Assembly: GCA_028534125.1 (NCBI GenBank)
Contig: CM052816.1
Location: 6,636,001 to 6,700,000, forward strand
Reading direction: 5' to 3'
Source: Lama glama
Taxonomy: Eukaryota
DNA: 64,000 nucleotides
Made by a program: the position numbers and the translations under genes. Positions 63,738 through 64,000 of this stretch are shown piece by piece; the first letter of the stretch is position 1, and each line of letters starts with the position of its first letter. A model generated the notes under the pieces. It saw only the letters and a list, made by a program, of their open reading frames with translations, did not search any database and was not told where the DNA came from.

Positions 63738-64000
63738 GGAGAAAATTTTTGCAAACGAGAAAATAACAAAGGCTTGATCTCCAGCATATATAAGCAGCTC
63801 ATACAACATAATAAAAAAACAACCCAATCCAAAAATGGGCAGAAGACTAAACAAGCAATTCTCCAAGGAAGAAATACAAATGATCAATAGGCACATGAAA
63901 AAATGCTCAGTATCACTAATTATCAGAGAAATGCAAATCAAAACTACAATGAAGTATCACCTCACACCAGTCAGAATGGCAATTATTCAAAAGTCCACTA
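63738..64000 (+). mobile_element. Young L1 ORF2 fragment (runs off the window)
   Basis: GGAGAAAATTTTTGCAAAC...AATGCAAATCAAAACTACAATGAAGTATCACCTCACACCAGTCAGAATGG. Confidence 0.93.

Overview
Mammalian non-coding genomic DNA (intergenic or large intron), AT-rich and very dense in repeats. A tRNA-derived SINE resembling the camelid Vic-1 family, plus young L1 3' ends, suggests a camelid genome. No intact protein-coding gene is recognisable; the supplied ORFs are either random or derive from L1/ERV remnants. The main structured element is a decayed two-LTR ERV1 (gamma-like) provirus at ~8.2-12.5 kb with gag, pro and RT remnants. A large internal deletion joins its RT to the end of integrase, and essentially no env remains. 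The rest is L1, L2, CR1/L3, MIR, MaLR/ERVL/ERV1 solo LTRs and hAT MITEs, with several nested insertions and visible target-site duplications. Signals worth following up: (1) a 108-bp duplicated unit (43.46/44.67 kb) whose copies each carry an AG-15 nt-GTAAGT microexon-like cassette; (2) a chain of + strand exon candidates; (3) an enhancer-like cluster of PBX-HOX/MEIS, SoxE-dimer and AP-1 motifs at 24.7 kb; (4) an octamer-motif cluster at 49.9-54.5 kb; (5) CTCF-like sites; (6) a possibly spliced L1 copy. I found no convincing novel multi-gene system. Repeat family names come from recalled consensus sequences, and most boundaries are approximate.
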